A DNA stretch of 32,000 nucleotides. Origin: Methanothermobacter thermautotrophicus str. Delta H. GTDB lineage: Archaea > Methanobacteriota > Methanobacteria > Methanobacteriales > Methanothermobacteraceae. Shown one piece after another: positions 21,591 through 31,746 of the stretch. The position numbers and the translations under genes are program-made. Below the pieces are notes generated by a model. It saw only the letters and a list, made by a program, of their open reading frames with translations, ran no database searches and was not told where the DNA came from. The stretch spans positions 630,001-662,000 of the forward strand of contig NC_000916.1 of NCBI RefSeq assembly GCF_000008645.1, read 5' to 3'. Position 1 is the stretch's first letter. Every line of letters starts with the position of its first letter.

Positions 21591-22757
21591 ATGATGATAA
21601 GATCAAAGTACGCCTTCCTCCAGAAGCTCACAAGGGACCTCAAAATGAAATCAATAAACATAGGAGAGGAACTGGAGGGAGCAACACCCCCATCGGTCTT
21701 CATAGGTAGCTGGAATTACCCTAAGGTTTATGCGGGCCCCATGATAGCCCCTGTACAGGAGGAAGTGGAAATATTTGACTCCCCCGAGCGATGGATACCA
21801 GAAAGAAAGACACAGGAGGAGATCATAGACTACCGTCTCAACCTTGTAAGGGGAAAACAGCTGGTGGGCGTCCGCGACCTGGACAATCACCTCGTGGAAA
21901 AACTCCAGGAGATATCCCTCTCATCAGGGGCCATTGAAAGCGAGGCCCAGTTCAGAAGGAAACCGCGAGGACTCTTTTTCAGCGAAGAACAGACGCCCCA
22001 CGGTCCCAGCGCAGTTCTTGAGAACTTTGAGATAGAAAACGTGAAATGGGACCGTGAACTTGAGAGGGCCTACCATGACACTGACCTCAGGGCACGGGAG
22101 GCCATAGTCGAGCTCCACAGGAAGGGCACCCCCTTCTCGGCTGTACAGAAGGCACTCTCAGTCGGTGCCCTCGGCGAAGGGAAAAGGAGAAAACTTGTAC
22201 CGACAAGGTGGTCAATAACAGCCTGTGACAGTACCCTCGCCGACCACTTCCTCGAAAGGGTCCTTGAATATGAGCCCATAGACACCTTCAGGGTCCATGA
22301 GTTTGAGAGCCTCAAAAACCATTACCTGATACTCCTGACACCCTCAGAGTGGCAGTATGAATGGATGGAGGCCTTCATGAAGAGGGACGGTCGTGCAATG
22401 ATATTCTCAGACCATGAGACCGGTAAGGGTAAGAGGGAATATTCAAGGGTGGGTGGCTGCTACTACAGCGCCAAGATGGCTGTCCTCGATGCCCTGGACC
22501 GGGAGGAAAAACAGGCCGGGGCAATCATCCTGAGGGAGGCCTACCCTGGCTACGTGCCCCTCGGAGTATTCAATGTGAGGGAGAACGTGAAAAATGCCAT
22601 GGATACAGAACCCACCATGTTCAATGACCTGAGGGGTGCACTTGAATTCATTGACAGTAAGCTTAAACTTGGACTTGAGGCCTTCAGGGTGAGGAGCAAC
22701 CTCCTGAAGGAACTTGAAGTATCCAGACAGACAACCCTTGACTCGTTCTTCAGGTGA
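21591..22757 (+). CDS. nre: Archaeal Nre-family protein (putative DNA-repair protein)
   Basis: N-terminal signature [25 protein letters not shown] and C-terminal [10 protein letters not shown] are typical of the archaeal Nre family as I recall it. The alternative start is ATG 21648 (MKSINIG). Confidence 0.75.
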   Translation: MMIRSKYAFLQKLTRDLKMKSINIGEELEGATPPSVFIGSWNYPKVYAGPMIAPVQEEVEIFDSPERWIPERKTQEEIIDYRLNLVRGKQLVGVRDLDNHLVEKLQEISLSSGAIESEAQFRRKPRGLFFSEEQTPHGPSAVLENFEIENVKWDRELERAYHDTDLRAREAIVELHRKGTPFSAVQKALSVGALGEGKRRKLVPTRWSITACDSTLADHFLERVLEYEPIDTFRVHEFESLKNHYLILLTPSEWQYEWMEAFMKRDGRAMIFSDHETGKGKREYSRVGGCYYSAKMAVLDALDREEKQAGAIILREAYPGYVPLGVFNVRENVKNAMDTEPTMFNDLRGALEFIDSKLKLGLEAFRVRSNLLKELEVSRQTTLDSFFR

Positions 22758-22761
22758 TAGT

Positions 22762-23724
22762 ATGAAGCTGAAATTCAGAGAACCCTCTGCAGAGGCGAGG
22801 AGGGCCGTGTGCCGCTCTGCACTCTACGGTGAGAAACATGACCCTGAGGCCCGGATCAGGAAGGTGACCGGACACAGATACGCCAGGTTACTCAACAGCG
22901 GAAATGCGGCCATACTTCTCCTGGCCCACCGCCTTGAGGGGCCCCTCCTGGTACCCGACCAGGGGGGCTGGAGGGGATTTATGAGGATCCCCGAGATAAC
23001 CGGAAGGGAGGTCCTGACCGTGAAGACAGACCTTGGGCTCCTGGACCCGGAGGTCCTCGATGCAAGGCTGACTGAGACAGGTGCCAGTGCACTCCTTGTG
23101 ACGAGCTTTGCAGGTTACACGGCAGAACAGCCCATCAGGGAACTTGCAGATGTCTGCAGATCCCACGGGGCTCTTCTGGTTGAGGACGCCTCAGGTAGCG
23201 TCTCAGACCCCCTTGAGAGACTCTGCAATGGCAAAATCAGTGACATCATAATAGCATCCACAGGTGCCCCGAAGACCGTGAACGCAGGTGGTGGGGGATT
23301 CATATCAACATCAGTCCCGCAAATTGTGCAGCAGGACATGCTCCTCTCCTCCCTCAAAGCTGACCCATACGTGAGGGCGGCTGTGGCCCTTGAGCTGGAA
23401 GCTGCAGAGAGGAACCTTACAGAGACCCTCAGAGCCTGCAGCTACCTCAAGGAGAACCTTGAAGGGGTCCTGCACCCCGATAAGAGGGGTATAAACGTCA
23501 TAATACCATCCAGTGATCCCCGTGGTGATGTGAAGCGCCTCAGAAAGGTTATAAACGCCGACGGTAGAAGCATATTCACTCCCTGTCCCTCCTATGACCG
23601 GGTCCTTGAGAATGCAGTTGCAGTTGAGGTTAAAAACCTTGATGTGGGTTCTCTGACCCCTGAAAACCTTGAGGCGATGGCCGAGTTAATCTCTTCAACC
23701 ATGGGGGCGACTAGGCCACGGTGA
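22762..23724 (+). CDS. Uncharacterised protein with a PLP-dependent-transferase (fold type I)-like core
   Basis: ATG 22762 lies 4 nt after the nre stop with SD aggtga, and I prefer it to the track start at 22714. Fold-type-I-like features are LLVEDASGS (pyridine-binding Asp) and IIASTGAPK (candidate Schiff-base Lys). The family assignment is uncertain. Confidence 0.5.
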   Translation: MKLKFREPSAEARRAVCRSALYGEKHDPEARIRKVTGHRYARLLNSGNAAILLLAHRLEGPLLVPDQGGWRGFMRIPEITGREVLTVKTDLGLLDPEVLDARLTETGASALLVTSFAGYTAEQPIRELADVCRSHGALLVEDASGSVSDPLERLCNGKISDIIIASTGAPKTVNAGGGGFISTSVPQIVQQDMLLSSLKADPYVRAAVALELEAAERNLTETLRACSYLKENLEGVLHPDKRGINVIIPSSDPRGDVKRLRKVINADGRSIFTPCPSYDRVLENAVAVEVKNLDVGSLTPENLEAMAELISSTMGATRPR

Positions 23725-24181
23725 GCATTGTGGTCCTCTCCAGGAGGGCCTCTCCAACACCGACTGTCTCAGCCTCCCCTCCAAGGTCGTAGATCCTCCT
23801 CAGATATTCCTCATCAGGTTCGAGGACCCCATCATCCCTTTCAAAAATTGAATCCAGAAATTTAATCACTTCATCTCCACAGTCAACAAGGACGGCACAG
23901 ATCTCCATTTCACCCTCTTTGATGCCCAGGAGCTCAATGGTCCTGCTTATCTGCCTCATACCCGCAACGCGGAGGCATATCTCTATCCCCATGTCACTGG
24001 AGATGTTCTGGCCCCTCTCAAAGGCCTTCAGTGCATGGATTGCCCCATGGATGGCATGTTCCCTGCCTGCAACTGCCCTGGCATCCATAAGCTGAACCGT
24101 GCATGGAAAACCTTTCATCTCATCAAGGAGCCCCGTGAGGTCTCTGACAACTCCACGGTAGCCTCTAACGTCTAAATTCAT
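23711..24181 (-). CDS. cgi121: KEOPS complex subunit Cgi121
   Basis: I prefer ATG 24181 (MNLDVRGYRG), 10 nt after the upstream gene's stop. The track start at 24259 would overlap that gene by 68 nt. Cgi121-like motifs: VQLMDARAVAGREHAIHGAIHALKAFERGQNIS and EICLRVAGMRQISRTIELLG. Confidence 0.75.
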   Translation of the reverse strand: MNLDVRGYRGVVRDLTGLLDEMKGFPCTVQLMDARAVAGREHAIHGAIHALKAFERGQNISSDMGIEICLRVAGMRQISRTIELLGIKEGEMEICAVLVDCGDEVIKFLDSIFERDDGVLEPDEEYLRRIYDLGGEAETVGVGEALLERTTMLTVA

Positions 24182-24191
24182 ATTAGCACCC

Positions 24192-25682
24192 TCAATGAGT
24201 CCCTTCAGATTTTTCATTTGCCAGGAGCCTGTTAACACCGCTGAGGAAGGCCTCGACACTGGCCATTATGATGTCTGGCTGTGTGCTCCTTGCACTTATT
24301 ATCCTGTCCCCGTGTCTGAGTTTTATGACAACGTCTATGAGGGCATCTGTACCCCCTGTGATGGCATCCACGTGGTACTCCTCAAGTGTTATGTCTGCAA
24401 AGTCCTCGAGGCTCTTCTTTATGGCAACTATCGCTGCGTCCACGGGACCAACACCGGTACCTGCCTCAAGTACCTCCCTGTCATCGACTCGGAGCTTGAC
24501 GGATGCTGTGGGCGTCACCCGGTTACCTGAGACTATGGTGACCTCCTGGAGGTCAACCACCTTGTCCTCCATGACCCCGAGGACATCCTCGGCTATTGCC
24601 TGGAGATCCACATCGGTAACGCATTTACCCATATCCCCCAGTGTCTTGACCCTCCTGAATATCTCCATGAGTTTATCATCGGCGACCTTCATTCCGAGTT
24701 CATCAAGTCGCTTCCTGAGGGCATGGGTGCCTATATGTTTGCCCATCACGAACCCTCTCCCGTGACCAACCATCTCAGGTGTTATTGGCTCATAGGTTTC
24801 AGCCTTCTTGAGGACACCGTCGGCGTGTATCCCTGATTCATGGGCGAAGGCATTTTCTCCCACTATGGCCTTGTTTGGCTGGAGGTATACACCGGTCATC
24901 CTTGCAACCATCCTCGATGTCTCATAGAGCATCTCTATGTTGATACTGGTGTCCACATCATAGAGGGATTTAAGGGCCACGACAACCTCCTCAAGGGCTG
25001 CGTTGCCTGCCCTTTCACCTATACCGTTTATTGTTGCATGGACCTCCGATGCCCCCGCCCTTAGACCTGCAAGGGAGTTTGCGACTGCAAGGCCGAAGTC
25101 GTTGTGGCAGTGCACACTCAGTGGTGCCCCGAGTTCTGAGAGTCCCCTGTAGAACTCATAGGAACGTTCTGGTGTGAGTATGCCGACGGTGTCACAGGCG
25201 CATATCCTCTCTGCACCGGCCTCTATACCCTCCCTGAAGATGGTCCGGAGGAAGTCCATGTCACTTCTTGTTGAGTCCTCTGCTGAGAGTTCGACCAGAA
25301 TACCATGGTCCACTGCATACTCTGTGCAGTCCACCGCCTGCTCGAGGACCTCCTCCCTTGTCTTTCGGAGTTTGTGTTCAAGGTGCAGGTCAGATGTTGG
25401 GACCACCAGGTGCACACTGTCAACGTCACATGAGATTGCAGCGTCTATGTCCTCCCGCACAGCCCTTGCGAAGCTGCAGATCTCTGCCCTCAAACCCTCT
25501 GATGTGATTTTCCTGATACCTTCCCTTTCACCCTCTGATGTGATTGCTGAGCCTGCCTCAATGATGTCTGCGCCCAGTGCATCGATTTTGAGTGCTATTC
25601 TCAGTTTTTCCTCAGGGGTGAGTGAAACCCCCGGTGTCTGTTCTCCATCCCTCAGTGTGGTATCAAGTACTCTAACCTGCAA
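24192..25682 (-). CDS. cimA: (R)-citramalate synthase / 2-isopropylmalate synthase family enzyme (DRE-TIM barrel plus LeuA-type regulatory domain)
   Basis: N-terminal [30 protein letters not shown] and HESGIH motifs, with a C-terminal regulatory domain. TTG start. CimA and LeuA cannot be told apart from sequence alone; the cimA symbol comes from my recollection of the Methanothermobacter orthologue. Confidence 0.8.
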   Translation of the reverse strand: MQVRVLDTTLRDGEQTPGVSLTPEEKLRIALKIDALGADIIEAGSAITSEGEREGIRKITSEGLRAEICSFARAVREDIDAAISCDVDSVHLVVPTSDLHLEHKLRKTREEVLEQAVDCTEYAVDHGILVELSAEDSTRSDMDFLRTIFREGIEAGAERICACDTVGILTPERSYEFYRGLSELGAPLSVHCHNDFGLAVANSLAGLRAGASEVHATINGIGERAGNAALEEVVVALKSLYDVDTSINIEMLYETSRMVARMTGVYLQPNKAIVGENAFAHESGIHADGVLKKAETYEPITPEMVGHGRGFVMGKHIGTHALRKRLDELGMKVADDKLMEIFRRVKTLGDMGKCVTDVDLQAIAEDVLGVMEDKVVDLQEVTIVSGNRVTPTASVKLRVDDREVLEAGTGVGPVDAAIVAIKKSLEDFADITLEEYHVDAITGGTDALIDVVIKLRHGDRIISARSTQPDIIMASVEAFLSGVNRLLANEKSEGTH

Positions 25683-25831
25683 TTTAATCCCCTTTAAGGT
25701 GTTCGGAAAATAGTTATGTAGAGTTTGGTTTTAAATGGTATATATGGTTAAGTGCCCATTTATGTGCAGTGGATACTGGCGATTTCATCGTCTGTGGTAC
25801 CGGTATCAGATACCAGCCTCCACCTGACGTA

Positions 25832-26842
25832 CTAAACCCTCTCAATGACCCTTATAACCCTTGTGAGGCTCCTGTGCATCCTCATTGAGTACCTCTCCCT
25901 GATGCTGAATCTTTCATCAATGAGGCTCTCCAGGTCGAGGTAGTGGGGTGCTGCCATGCAGATCATGCCCCCCTCTGCAAGGTTTGAGTGTGCAGAGTCC
26001 AGGAATTCCCTGTAAAGCTTCTCACTCTTCTCACCTGCAGTTGAAGCTGATATACCGTAGGGGGGATCGGTCACTATGGCGTCGACCTTCTCGTCGAGCC
26101 TCAGATCCCTTGCATCAGACCTTATAACCTCGAAGTCGGTTATACCGTAATGCTGAAGGTTTTCACGGGTGCCCTCAACCATCCTCCAGTCTATATCGGC
26201 CCCCACAACCCTCACACCCATGAGGCCCGCCTCTATGAGTATCCCGCCTGTACCGCAGAAGGGGTCAAGGATCCTGTCACCTGCCTTCACCCCTGAGAGG
26301 TTGACCATGCACCTTGCGAGTTTGGGGCTCATTGAACCAGGGTAGAAGAAGGGTCTCTTGTGGGGTCTGGCCTGGTTGAAGTGTTCCTTGCTGATGACTG
26401 CGAGCCTCCTTGTGAGTATGAACCTGTCATTAATGAGTACCGGTCTTATCAGGGTCCAGGGCTTCTCAAGGTCAACCTTCAGTCCAGTATCCTCCTTTAT
26501 GATCGCTCCGATGGTCCTCTCGAGTGTCCTGGAATCCACATCGCCACACAGTTTTCTTATCCTCACCGCGAAGCTTTCCCTGACGTATTTACTCCAGTCA
26601 ATTTCCTCTGCAGCATCATCCAGATCATCAGCAGCCGCATATCCTATGACCTCAGAGATCTCATGGGCATAGGCTAACCTTTTTTTAAGGATCTTCCATG
26701 TACTCCTGGGAGCATCTATGACCTCATATCCACTTCCGGATTCAATAACACTGAAATCTATCCCCTCCGACATCAAAACGGACCTTAGTTCCGCCGATGG
26801 GAGTTCAGGGTGCTCCTGTGAGAGTAACACCATCATTTCCAT
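25832..26842 (-). CDS. trm-G10: tRNA (guanine(10)-N2)-methyltransferase, Trm-G10/Trm11 family (THUMP plus SAM-dependent methyltransferase)
   Basis: SAM motif I ILDPFCGTGGILIEA, catalytic motif IV VTDPPYG, and an N-terminal THUMP-like half. The start overlaps the upstream gene's end by 10 nt. Confidence 0.8.
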   Translation of the reverse strand: MEMMVLLSQEHPELPSAELRSVLMSEGIDFSVIESGSGYEVIDAPRSTWKILKKRLAYAHEISEVIGYAAADDLDDAAEEIDWSKYVRESFAVRIRKLCGDVDSRTLERTIGAIIKEDTGLKVDLEKPWTLIRPVLINDRFILTRRLAVISKEHFNQARPHKRPFFYPGSMSPKLARCMVNLSGVKAGDRILDPFCGTGGILIEAGLMGVRVVGADIDWRMVEGTRENLQHYGITDFEVIRSDARDLRLDEKVDAIVTDPPYGISASTAGEKSEKLYREFLDSAHSNLAEGGMICMAAPHYLDLESLIDERFSIRERYSMRMHRSLTRVIRVIERV

Positions 26843-27960
26843 ATTCCTGCCACCTTAGACGTGAGGATGGATGGTATTATCCTGAACAGGATTCCCCTCT
26901 TCAGGAACTCCCTGATGAGGGGTGTCTGTCTGTCCATGTCCCCGTATTCTGATATTATATCCTCTGCACCGTACTCCTTCATCTTAAGGAATATGTGGTC
27001 AAGGTCCTTGTCTGAGAGTAGTCTGAAGGTCCTCTGAACCCTCATCTGGTTCTTCATCTCTGACATGTGGATCTTCCTGCAGGCATCCTCATATTCTTTG
27101 AGGTCTGCATCCCCCTCAAGGACCCCCTGGATGACCTCTGCCGCCACCCCTGCAGCACGGGAAGCCAGAACTATGCCCCCACCAGTTGTGGGTTTAACCT
27201 GCCCGGCAGCATCTCCAAGAAGAATGCATCTCCCCCTTACGAGTCTCAAATCAAGGTCTGGTCTGGGGATGAACCCATGGTGGGACTCAAGGATCTCAAA
27301 GTCGCTGCTGAGGTCTGAGATGAAGCCTTTAAGGAATTCCTTCAGGTTCTGCTGGGGTCCGAAGACACCCACCCTCGCCGTCTGTTCATCTATGGGTATC
27401 CTCCACATAAAGCCCGGAGAGAGGCGGGAGTCAACCTTGAGGTCCACGAAGTCAGTGTCCATCTCACTGTCCCTGAACCTCACAAGGTACTGTCTCGCAG
27501 GGTACCTGCTGGGTGCGGCGGACTGCCCCCTTGCATCCACAAGAACATCCGCACTGAGTTCATCGCCATTTACCCTGACATGACCTGTTTTCTCATTGAA
27601 ATCCCTCACCGCAGTTCCCTTCGTCAACTCTGCGCCTGCTTCCATCGCGAGTTCTGCAAGATGCTGGTCATAGGCTGTCCTGTCAATTACATGGGCCTCT
27701 GGTCTGTCCTTAGAAACCCTGAGTTTTATGCCTGATGGTGAATGGAGAACAGCGCCCCTCACACTGTTCAGTATAAATTCATCAGGGAGCACGTTAACCT
27801 CCATTATTCTGTGTGATACGAGTCCTGCACACTGAAGTGGCAGACCGATTATCTTCTTCCTCTCAAAGAGGCCAACCCTGAATCCTTTAGTGGCTGTGAG
27901 CCTTGCAAGGGTTGAACCGGCAGGCCCGGCCCCCATTATGAGAACATCGTAATCAGTCAT
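26833..27960 (-). CDS. Geranylgeranyl-reductase-family FAD-dependent oxidoreductase
   Basis: N-terminal YDVLIMGAGPAGSTLA Rossmann motif, the LQCAG segment and the C-terminal LLGDAAGQVKPTTGGGI motif typical of archaeal GGR-like flavoproteins. Confidence 0.8.
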   Translation of the reverse strand: MTDYDVLIMGAGPAGSTLARLTATKGFRVGLFERKKIIGLPLQCAGLVSHRIMEVNVLPDEFILNSVRGAVLHSPSGIKLRVSKDRPEAHVIDRTAYDQHLAELAMEAGAELTKGTAVRDFNEKTGHVRVNGDELSADVLVDARGQSAAPSRYPARQYLVRFRDSEMDTDFVDLKVDSRLSPGFMWRIPIDEQTARVGVFGPQQNLKEFLKGFISDLSSDFEILESHHGFIPRPDLDLRLVRGRCILLGDAAGQVKPTTGGGIVLASRAAGVAAEVIQGVLEGDADLKEYEDACRKIHMSEMKNQMRVQRTFRLLSDKDLDHIFLKMKEYGAEDIISEYGDMDRQTPLIREFLKRGILFRIIPSILTSKVAGIWK

Positions 27961-28010
27961 CCCTGCCCTCCCTTCTGTATCTCTTAAATTTCCTTGAGTG
28001 TCTCTCCATT

Positions 28011-28106
28011 ATGGATTCATCACCGCGCCTATCCACCGCAAACTTACCGTCAGATCCCATGGATTCATCACCGCGCCTATCCACCACAAACTTACCGTCA
28101 GATTCC
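28011..28106. repeat. Tandem direct repeat, 2 x 48 bp, in the intergenic space
   Basis: Copy 1 (28011-28058) is atggattcatcaccgcgcctatccaccGcaaacttaccgtcagatCcc. Copy 2 (28059-28106) is the same except for A and T at the two capitalised positions. The repeat lies between the stop of 28110-28724 and the start of 26833-27960. Confidence 0.95.
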
Positions 28107-28109
28107 TTC

Positions 28110-28724
28110 TCATCCTACGGGTCTCCAGAATTCCGGGTCTGCAAATCCTGGCTCCCTCCTTCTACTGGATGATAGTTCCCTGAGGATCTCCTCTACATCA
28201 TCATATCCCCTCTCTGTGAACCTGCTAATATGGTACTCAATCTTTGAGGGGGATGGTGCATCCCTGAGTATTATGTTGGTGCCCTCGTGGCCCCCATGGA
28301 TCTCCAGATCCGCAGAGTCAAGGAGCCTCTCTGTTATGCTCTGTGAGAAGGATACGTCCACTATCTTCCTGTGGTTTATGTAGTATCTCCTCTTCCATAG
28401 GACCCCCTCCTCAACCATGACCCTCTGGTCGGTGATTATGTAGCGCCTGTTCCTCCAGGAGATCACATCCCAGAGGATGGAGAGGAGGATTATGATTATT
28501 ATGCCTGTAAGAAGCCATGCGACCTTCTCAGCTACTGTGACACCATAATTTGCAATCAGGAGATTGTCAAGTGCCCCGGCTCCCTCAACTATCCACTGGA
28601 AGAGGTATAGTATTATCACGGCTGACAGGGCCTTTATTATGGTTGATTTTGAGTTGAGGATGAACCGCGGCCTTGTCTCATATAAAATTCTCTCACCTGG
28701 ATGTAACCTGTCCCTGCCAAACAT
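28110..28724 (-). CDS. Membrane protein with a bacterial PH-like (bPH_2/YdbS-type) domain
   Basis: Two TM helices (IIKALSAVIILYLFQWIV and VAWLLTGIIIIILLSILWDVI) are followed by WRNRRYIITDQRVMVEEGVLWKRRYYINHRKIVDVSFSQSITERLLDSADLEI, the typical bPH_2 layout. Confidence 0.7.
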   Translation of the reverse strand: MFGRDRLHPGERILYETRPRFILNSKSTIIKALSAVIILYLFQWIVEGAGALDNLLIANYGVTVAEKVAWLLTGIIIIILLSILWDVISWRNRRYIITDQRVMVEEGVLWKRRYYINHRKIVDVSFSQSITERLLDSADLEIHGGHEGTNIILRDAPSPSKIEYHISRFTERGYDDVEEILRELSSSRRREPGFADPEFWRPVG

Positions 28725-28867
28725 GTTATCACAGAACTGACATATAGTTGTTAAAAGAAGTTAACTACAATGAGGATTAATTTGTTGTATATGTTTTTAT
28801 ATGTAATGGTTGGAGATTGATCCCCTCTGATGTCTCATTTAATGTATTAGAGAGCTGGTGTGGAACC

Positions 28868-29587
28868 ATGGAAAGGATAGTTATCGGTGAGACCCGCATA
28901 AATCTCAGGACAGAACTAAGGAACCATGGACTCTCTGGATTCGTTCTGGGAGAGAGGATGAAGCTCATGGATTATATCCGGAGAAATCCCGAGTTTTTAA
29001 CATCCCTTGAACCCATAGTGGTGTCTGAGGGCCCTCTCATCGTCAGGATGATGTCCCGGGCCTCACGGAAGGCTGAGGTTGGACCCATGGCATCGGTTGC
29101 AGGGACAATATCCCAGCTCTCACTCATGCACCTCATGGGTAAGGGTTCGCGGTGCAGCATAATCGACAACGGCGGTGACATCGCCCTTGTTAACAACCGC
29201 AAAATCACTGTGGGTCTCTATGCTGGATCTTCATCACTCTCAGGGACTGTGGGCTTCCTTCTGAAGCCAGGCGGTCCCAGGGGTGTATGCACATCCTCGG
29301 GGACTGTGGGGCACTCCATAAGCTTCGGGAGGGCAGATTCTGTGACAGTTTTTGCATCTGAGGCCAGCACAGCAGACGCCCTTGCAACCTCAATAGCAAA
29401 CAGTGCGAATGGCCCTGATGATATATCAGCCGTTGAGAATGCCCTTGAAAGGGCTGATGACTTCAGGGAGCATTTCCGGGGTGTTATGGTTGTGGTGGGT
29501 GAACATGCAGGTACCGTCGGCAGAATACCTCGACTTGTAATGACTGATAGAAAGGCTGTTCTTGGTGACCTCTGGGATGAGGTATAG
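28868..29587 (+). CDS. UPF0280 family protein (ApbE-like fold), function unknown
   Basis: I prefer ATG 28868 (MERIVIGETRINL), preceded by ggtg, to the TTG track start at 28817. Conserved stretches VGPMASVAGTISQL and IIDNGGDIAL match archaeal UPF0280 as I recall it. Confidence 0.7.
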   Translation: MERIVIGETRINLRTELRNHGLSGFVLGERMKLMDYIRRNPEFLTSLEPIVVSEGPLIVRMMSRASRKAEVGPMASVAGTISQLSLMHLMGKGSRCSIIDNGGDIALVNNRKITVGLYAGSSSLSGTVGFLLKPGGPRGVCTSSGTVGHSISFGRADSVTVFASEASTADALATSIANSANGPDDISAVENALERADDFREHFRGVMVVVGEHAGTVGRIPRLVMTDRKAVLGDLWDEV

Positions 29588-29813
29588 GAATAACTAAGGG
29601 CTTTAACCAGATACAATGACACCAGACAGAATAAGTAAATAAGTAATTCCCTAACACTGCAAAATTAGAAGAGCACCTGATCCTAAGAACAGAATTTAAT
29701 GCGATCTAGTTAACCACTTTAAAAAGAAGTGGGGTTATAGATTACAGCCTCAGATCGCCCATCAGTCATCACTTCTCAGAGCTCATAGGGTTCATCACAG
29801 GCCATAATCAGTA

Positions 29814-31046
29814 TTAACCGAACATCACGCCGGTTTCCTGTTTGTATTCCTCCTCCTTCTCAACACCCATTATCTTATCAACGGCATCCATGAAGTCAGC
29901 CATTGTGACCTCATCACGCTCATCCCTGATTGCAAACATACCTGCCTCGGTACATATTGCCTTGAGGTCTGCGCCTGATGCCCCATCGGTTATCCTTGCA
30001 AGGAGTTCAATATCGACCTCCTCTGCAAGGGCCATTCCTGAGGTGTGTATCTTGAGTATCTCCCTTCTACCATCCTCATTTGGTAGAGGTACCTCAATGA
30101 ACCTGTCAAATCTTCCTGGACGGAGGAGTGCCGGGTCAAGTATGTCTGGTCTGTTGGTTGCTGCAACTATACCGACATTACCCCTTGATTCGAATCCATC
30201 AAGCTCTGCAAGGAGCTGCATGAGTGTCCTCTGAACCTCCCTGTCACCGCTTGTTGAACTCTTAAGCCTCTTGGCTGCCACGGCGTCAATTTCGTCTATG
30301 AATATTATGCTCGGGGATTTCTCCTTGGCCAGCTCAAAGACTCCCCTCACGAGCCTTGCGCCCTCACCTATGTATTTCCTGACGAACTCTGATGCAACTA
30401 TCTTTATGAATGTTGCATTGGTCTCATGGGCGACGGCCTTTGCCAGGAGTGTTTTACCTGTACCAGGTGGTCCATAGAGGAGTACGCCCTTGGGTGGCTC
30501 TATACCTATCTTTTCAAAGAGTTCCGGTTTTTTGAGCGGTAATTCAACTGTCTCCTTGACCTCGCGTACCTGTTCCTCAAGGCCACCTATCTGCTCATAG
30601 GAGACATCTGGTTTTTCCTCGACTTCCATGCCCGTCACAACGGGGTCCTTCTCAGATGGAAGTACATCCACTATGCTGAAGGTCTGCTGGTTCAGTGCAA
30701 CCCTTGCACCGGGCTCCAGCTGCTTTCTATCTATGAATCTTGAATAATTTATTACGAAGTGGGGTCCGGTTGTACTCTTAACTGCGACCCTGTGATCATC
30801 AAGAACCTCTGTTACTGTGGCTATGACCAGTGGAGGGGTTCTGAACCTTTCGATTTCACCACGAAGGGATTTAACTTCCCTGTCAAGCCTTGTCCTCTCA
30901 TTTTCAATTAAAAGTTTGTCCTTCTCAAGTTTTCTGATTTTCCACATCAGATTTCTTTTTGTCTTGGAGTTTTCCTCTTTAAGCATTCTAACTTCTTTTT
31001 TGAGGTCCTCAATCTTTTTTAATACATTCTGGGAGTTATTTTCCAT
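29814..31046 (-). CDS. pan: Proteasome-activating nucleotidase PAN (AAA+ ATPase)
   Basis: N-terminal coiled coil, OB segment, Walker A GPPGTGKT, Walker B IIFIDEID and second region of homology [20 protein letters not shown]. Confidence 0.95.
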   Translation of the reverse strand: MENNSQNVLKKIEDLKKEVRMLKEENSKTKRNLMWKIRKLEKDKLLIENERTRLDREVKSLRGEIERFRTPPLVIATVTEVLDDHRVAVKSTTGPHFVINYSRFIDRKQLEPGARVALNQQTFSIVDVLPSEKDPVVTGMEVEEKPDVSYEQIGGLEEQVREVKETVELPLKKPELFEKIGIEPPKGVLLYGPPGTGKTLLAKAVAHETNATFIKIVASEFVRKYIGEGARLVRGVFELAKEKSPSIIFIDEIDAVAAKRLKSSTSGDREVQRTLMQLLAELDGFESRGNVGIVAATNRPDILDPALLRPGRFDRFIEVPLPNEDGRREILKIHTSGMALAEEVDIELLARITDGASGADLKAICTEAGMFAIRDERDEVTMADFMDAVDKIMGVEKEEEYKQETGVMFG

Positions 31047-31152
31047 GATTTTAGAACACTCCTATTTAAATTTTGTTGTATACTATCTTGTTTCTAGTAA
31101 TATTTAAATATTGGGGTGGGATAAATCTAGTATAAAATAAAAAGGGATCTTC

Positions 31153-31620
31153 ATGAGATGCGAGATTTGCGGTAAAAAGATTGTTGGAAAACCTTTAAAG
31201 ACAAAAATCGATAGTTCAGTCATGGAAGTATGCAGGGAATGCTCAAAGTTCGGTAAAATCATCAGAGAACCCACAACACCCCGTAAAAAAAGTTTCAGGA
31301 AGCCCCAGAAAAGGTCCAGGAGACCCATGGATACCGTGTACGAGGTCGTTGAGGACTACGGAAGGATCATAAGAACTGAAAGGGAGAAGAGGGACTGGTC
31401 AAGGGAGGATCTCGCTGAGAGGATCAACGAGAAGGTATCCGTCATAAACAGGATTGAATCCGAGAGGATGGAACCCGATATTAAGCTCGCAAGGAAGCTT
31501 GAAAGGCTCCTCAAAATAAAACTCCTTGAAAAATTTGAGGCCGATGATCTGGAGAAATCAGAGGGTGGCGGGTTCCGCGGAGCCACGATAGGTGACATTG
31601 CAAGAATAAAGAGGGGTTAA
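31153..31620 (+). CDS. mbf1: Archaeal multiprotein-bridging factor 1 (aMBF1): N-terminal zinc ribbon plus C-terminal XRE-type HTH
   Basis: CEICG...CRECSKFG zinc ribbon. HTH segment REKRDWSREDLAERINEKVSVINRIESERMEPDIKLARKLERLL. Confidence 0.85.
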   Translation: MRCEICGKKIVGKPLKTKIDSSVMEVCRECSKFGKIIREPTTPRKKSFRKPQKRSRRPMDTVYEVVEDYGRIIRTEREKRDWSREDLAERINEKVSVINRIESERMEPDIKLARKLERLLKIKLLEKFEADDLEKSEGGGFRGATIGDIARIKRG

Positions 31621-31721
31621 AGTCCCAAAAAAATTATTTCTAAAAATTATTTTAGACACCCACGGCGGATGTTGCAGGAATAAAAATGGATTAAAGTCCA
31701 TTTTCTAAAAATTATTTTAGA
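31617..31721. repeat. Imperfect direct repeat in the convergent intergenic region (T-rich, terminator-like)
   Basis: The 19-mer ttctaaaaattattttaga occurs at 31638-31656 and 31703-31721. Each copy is preceded by ttaaagtcc (31617 and 31691). A 7-bp hairpin aaatgga/tccattt sits at 31684-31703. Confidence 0.8.
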
Positions 31722-31746
31722 ATCCCATTTCATCCGAATTTTCTCT

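Noticed and set aside
23711-24259. The long form of the Cgi121 ORF, starting at 24259
   Set aside because: It would overlap the end of cimA by 68 nt and add a non-conserved N-terminus. ATG 24181, 10 nt after the cimA stop, fits the operon layout and family length better.
24195-25713. Plus-strand ORFs antisense to cimA: 24195-24530, 24268-24765, 24840-25064, 25174-25713, 25268-25507
   Set aside because: The minus-strand frame carries unmistakable isopropylmalate/citramalate synthase motifs. The antisense frames are Ser/Pro/Thr-rich shadows common in GC-rich genes.
28011-28106. A CRISPR array, considered here and at the other direct repeats (31617-31721 and the intragenic repeats)
   Set aside because: There are only two abutting copies with no spacers and no cas genes. 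The other repeats are coding-domain duplications or T-rich terminator elements.
27994-28383. The 129-aa plus-strand ORF beginning in the 48-bp tandem repeat (WIHHRAYPPQTYRQIP x2)
   Set aside because: Most of it is antisense to the well-supported PH-domain membrane-protein gene. Its repeat-derived N-terminus is an artefact of reading the tandem repeat, so I reported the repeat instead.
28777-28968. The 63-aa minus-strand ORF and the TTG-extended N-terminus (28817-28867) of the UPF0280 gene
   Set aside because: The minus ORF overlaps the UPF0280 5' end and has no SD. The UPF0280 family start MERIVIGE at ATG 28868 has a proper ggtg SD, so the TTG extension is unnecessary.
31104-31328. A 74-aa minus-strand ORF overlapping the mbf1 start
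   Set aside because: It is antisense to the well-supported aMBF1 zinc-ribbon region and spans the PAN/mbf1 divergent promoter. No supporting signals are present.
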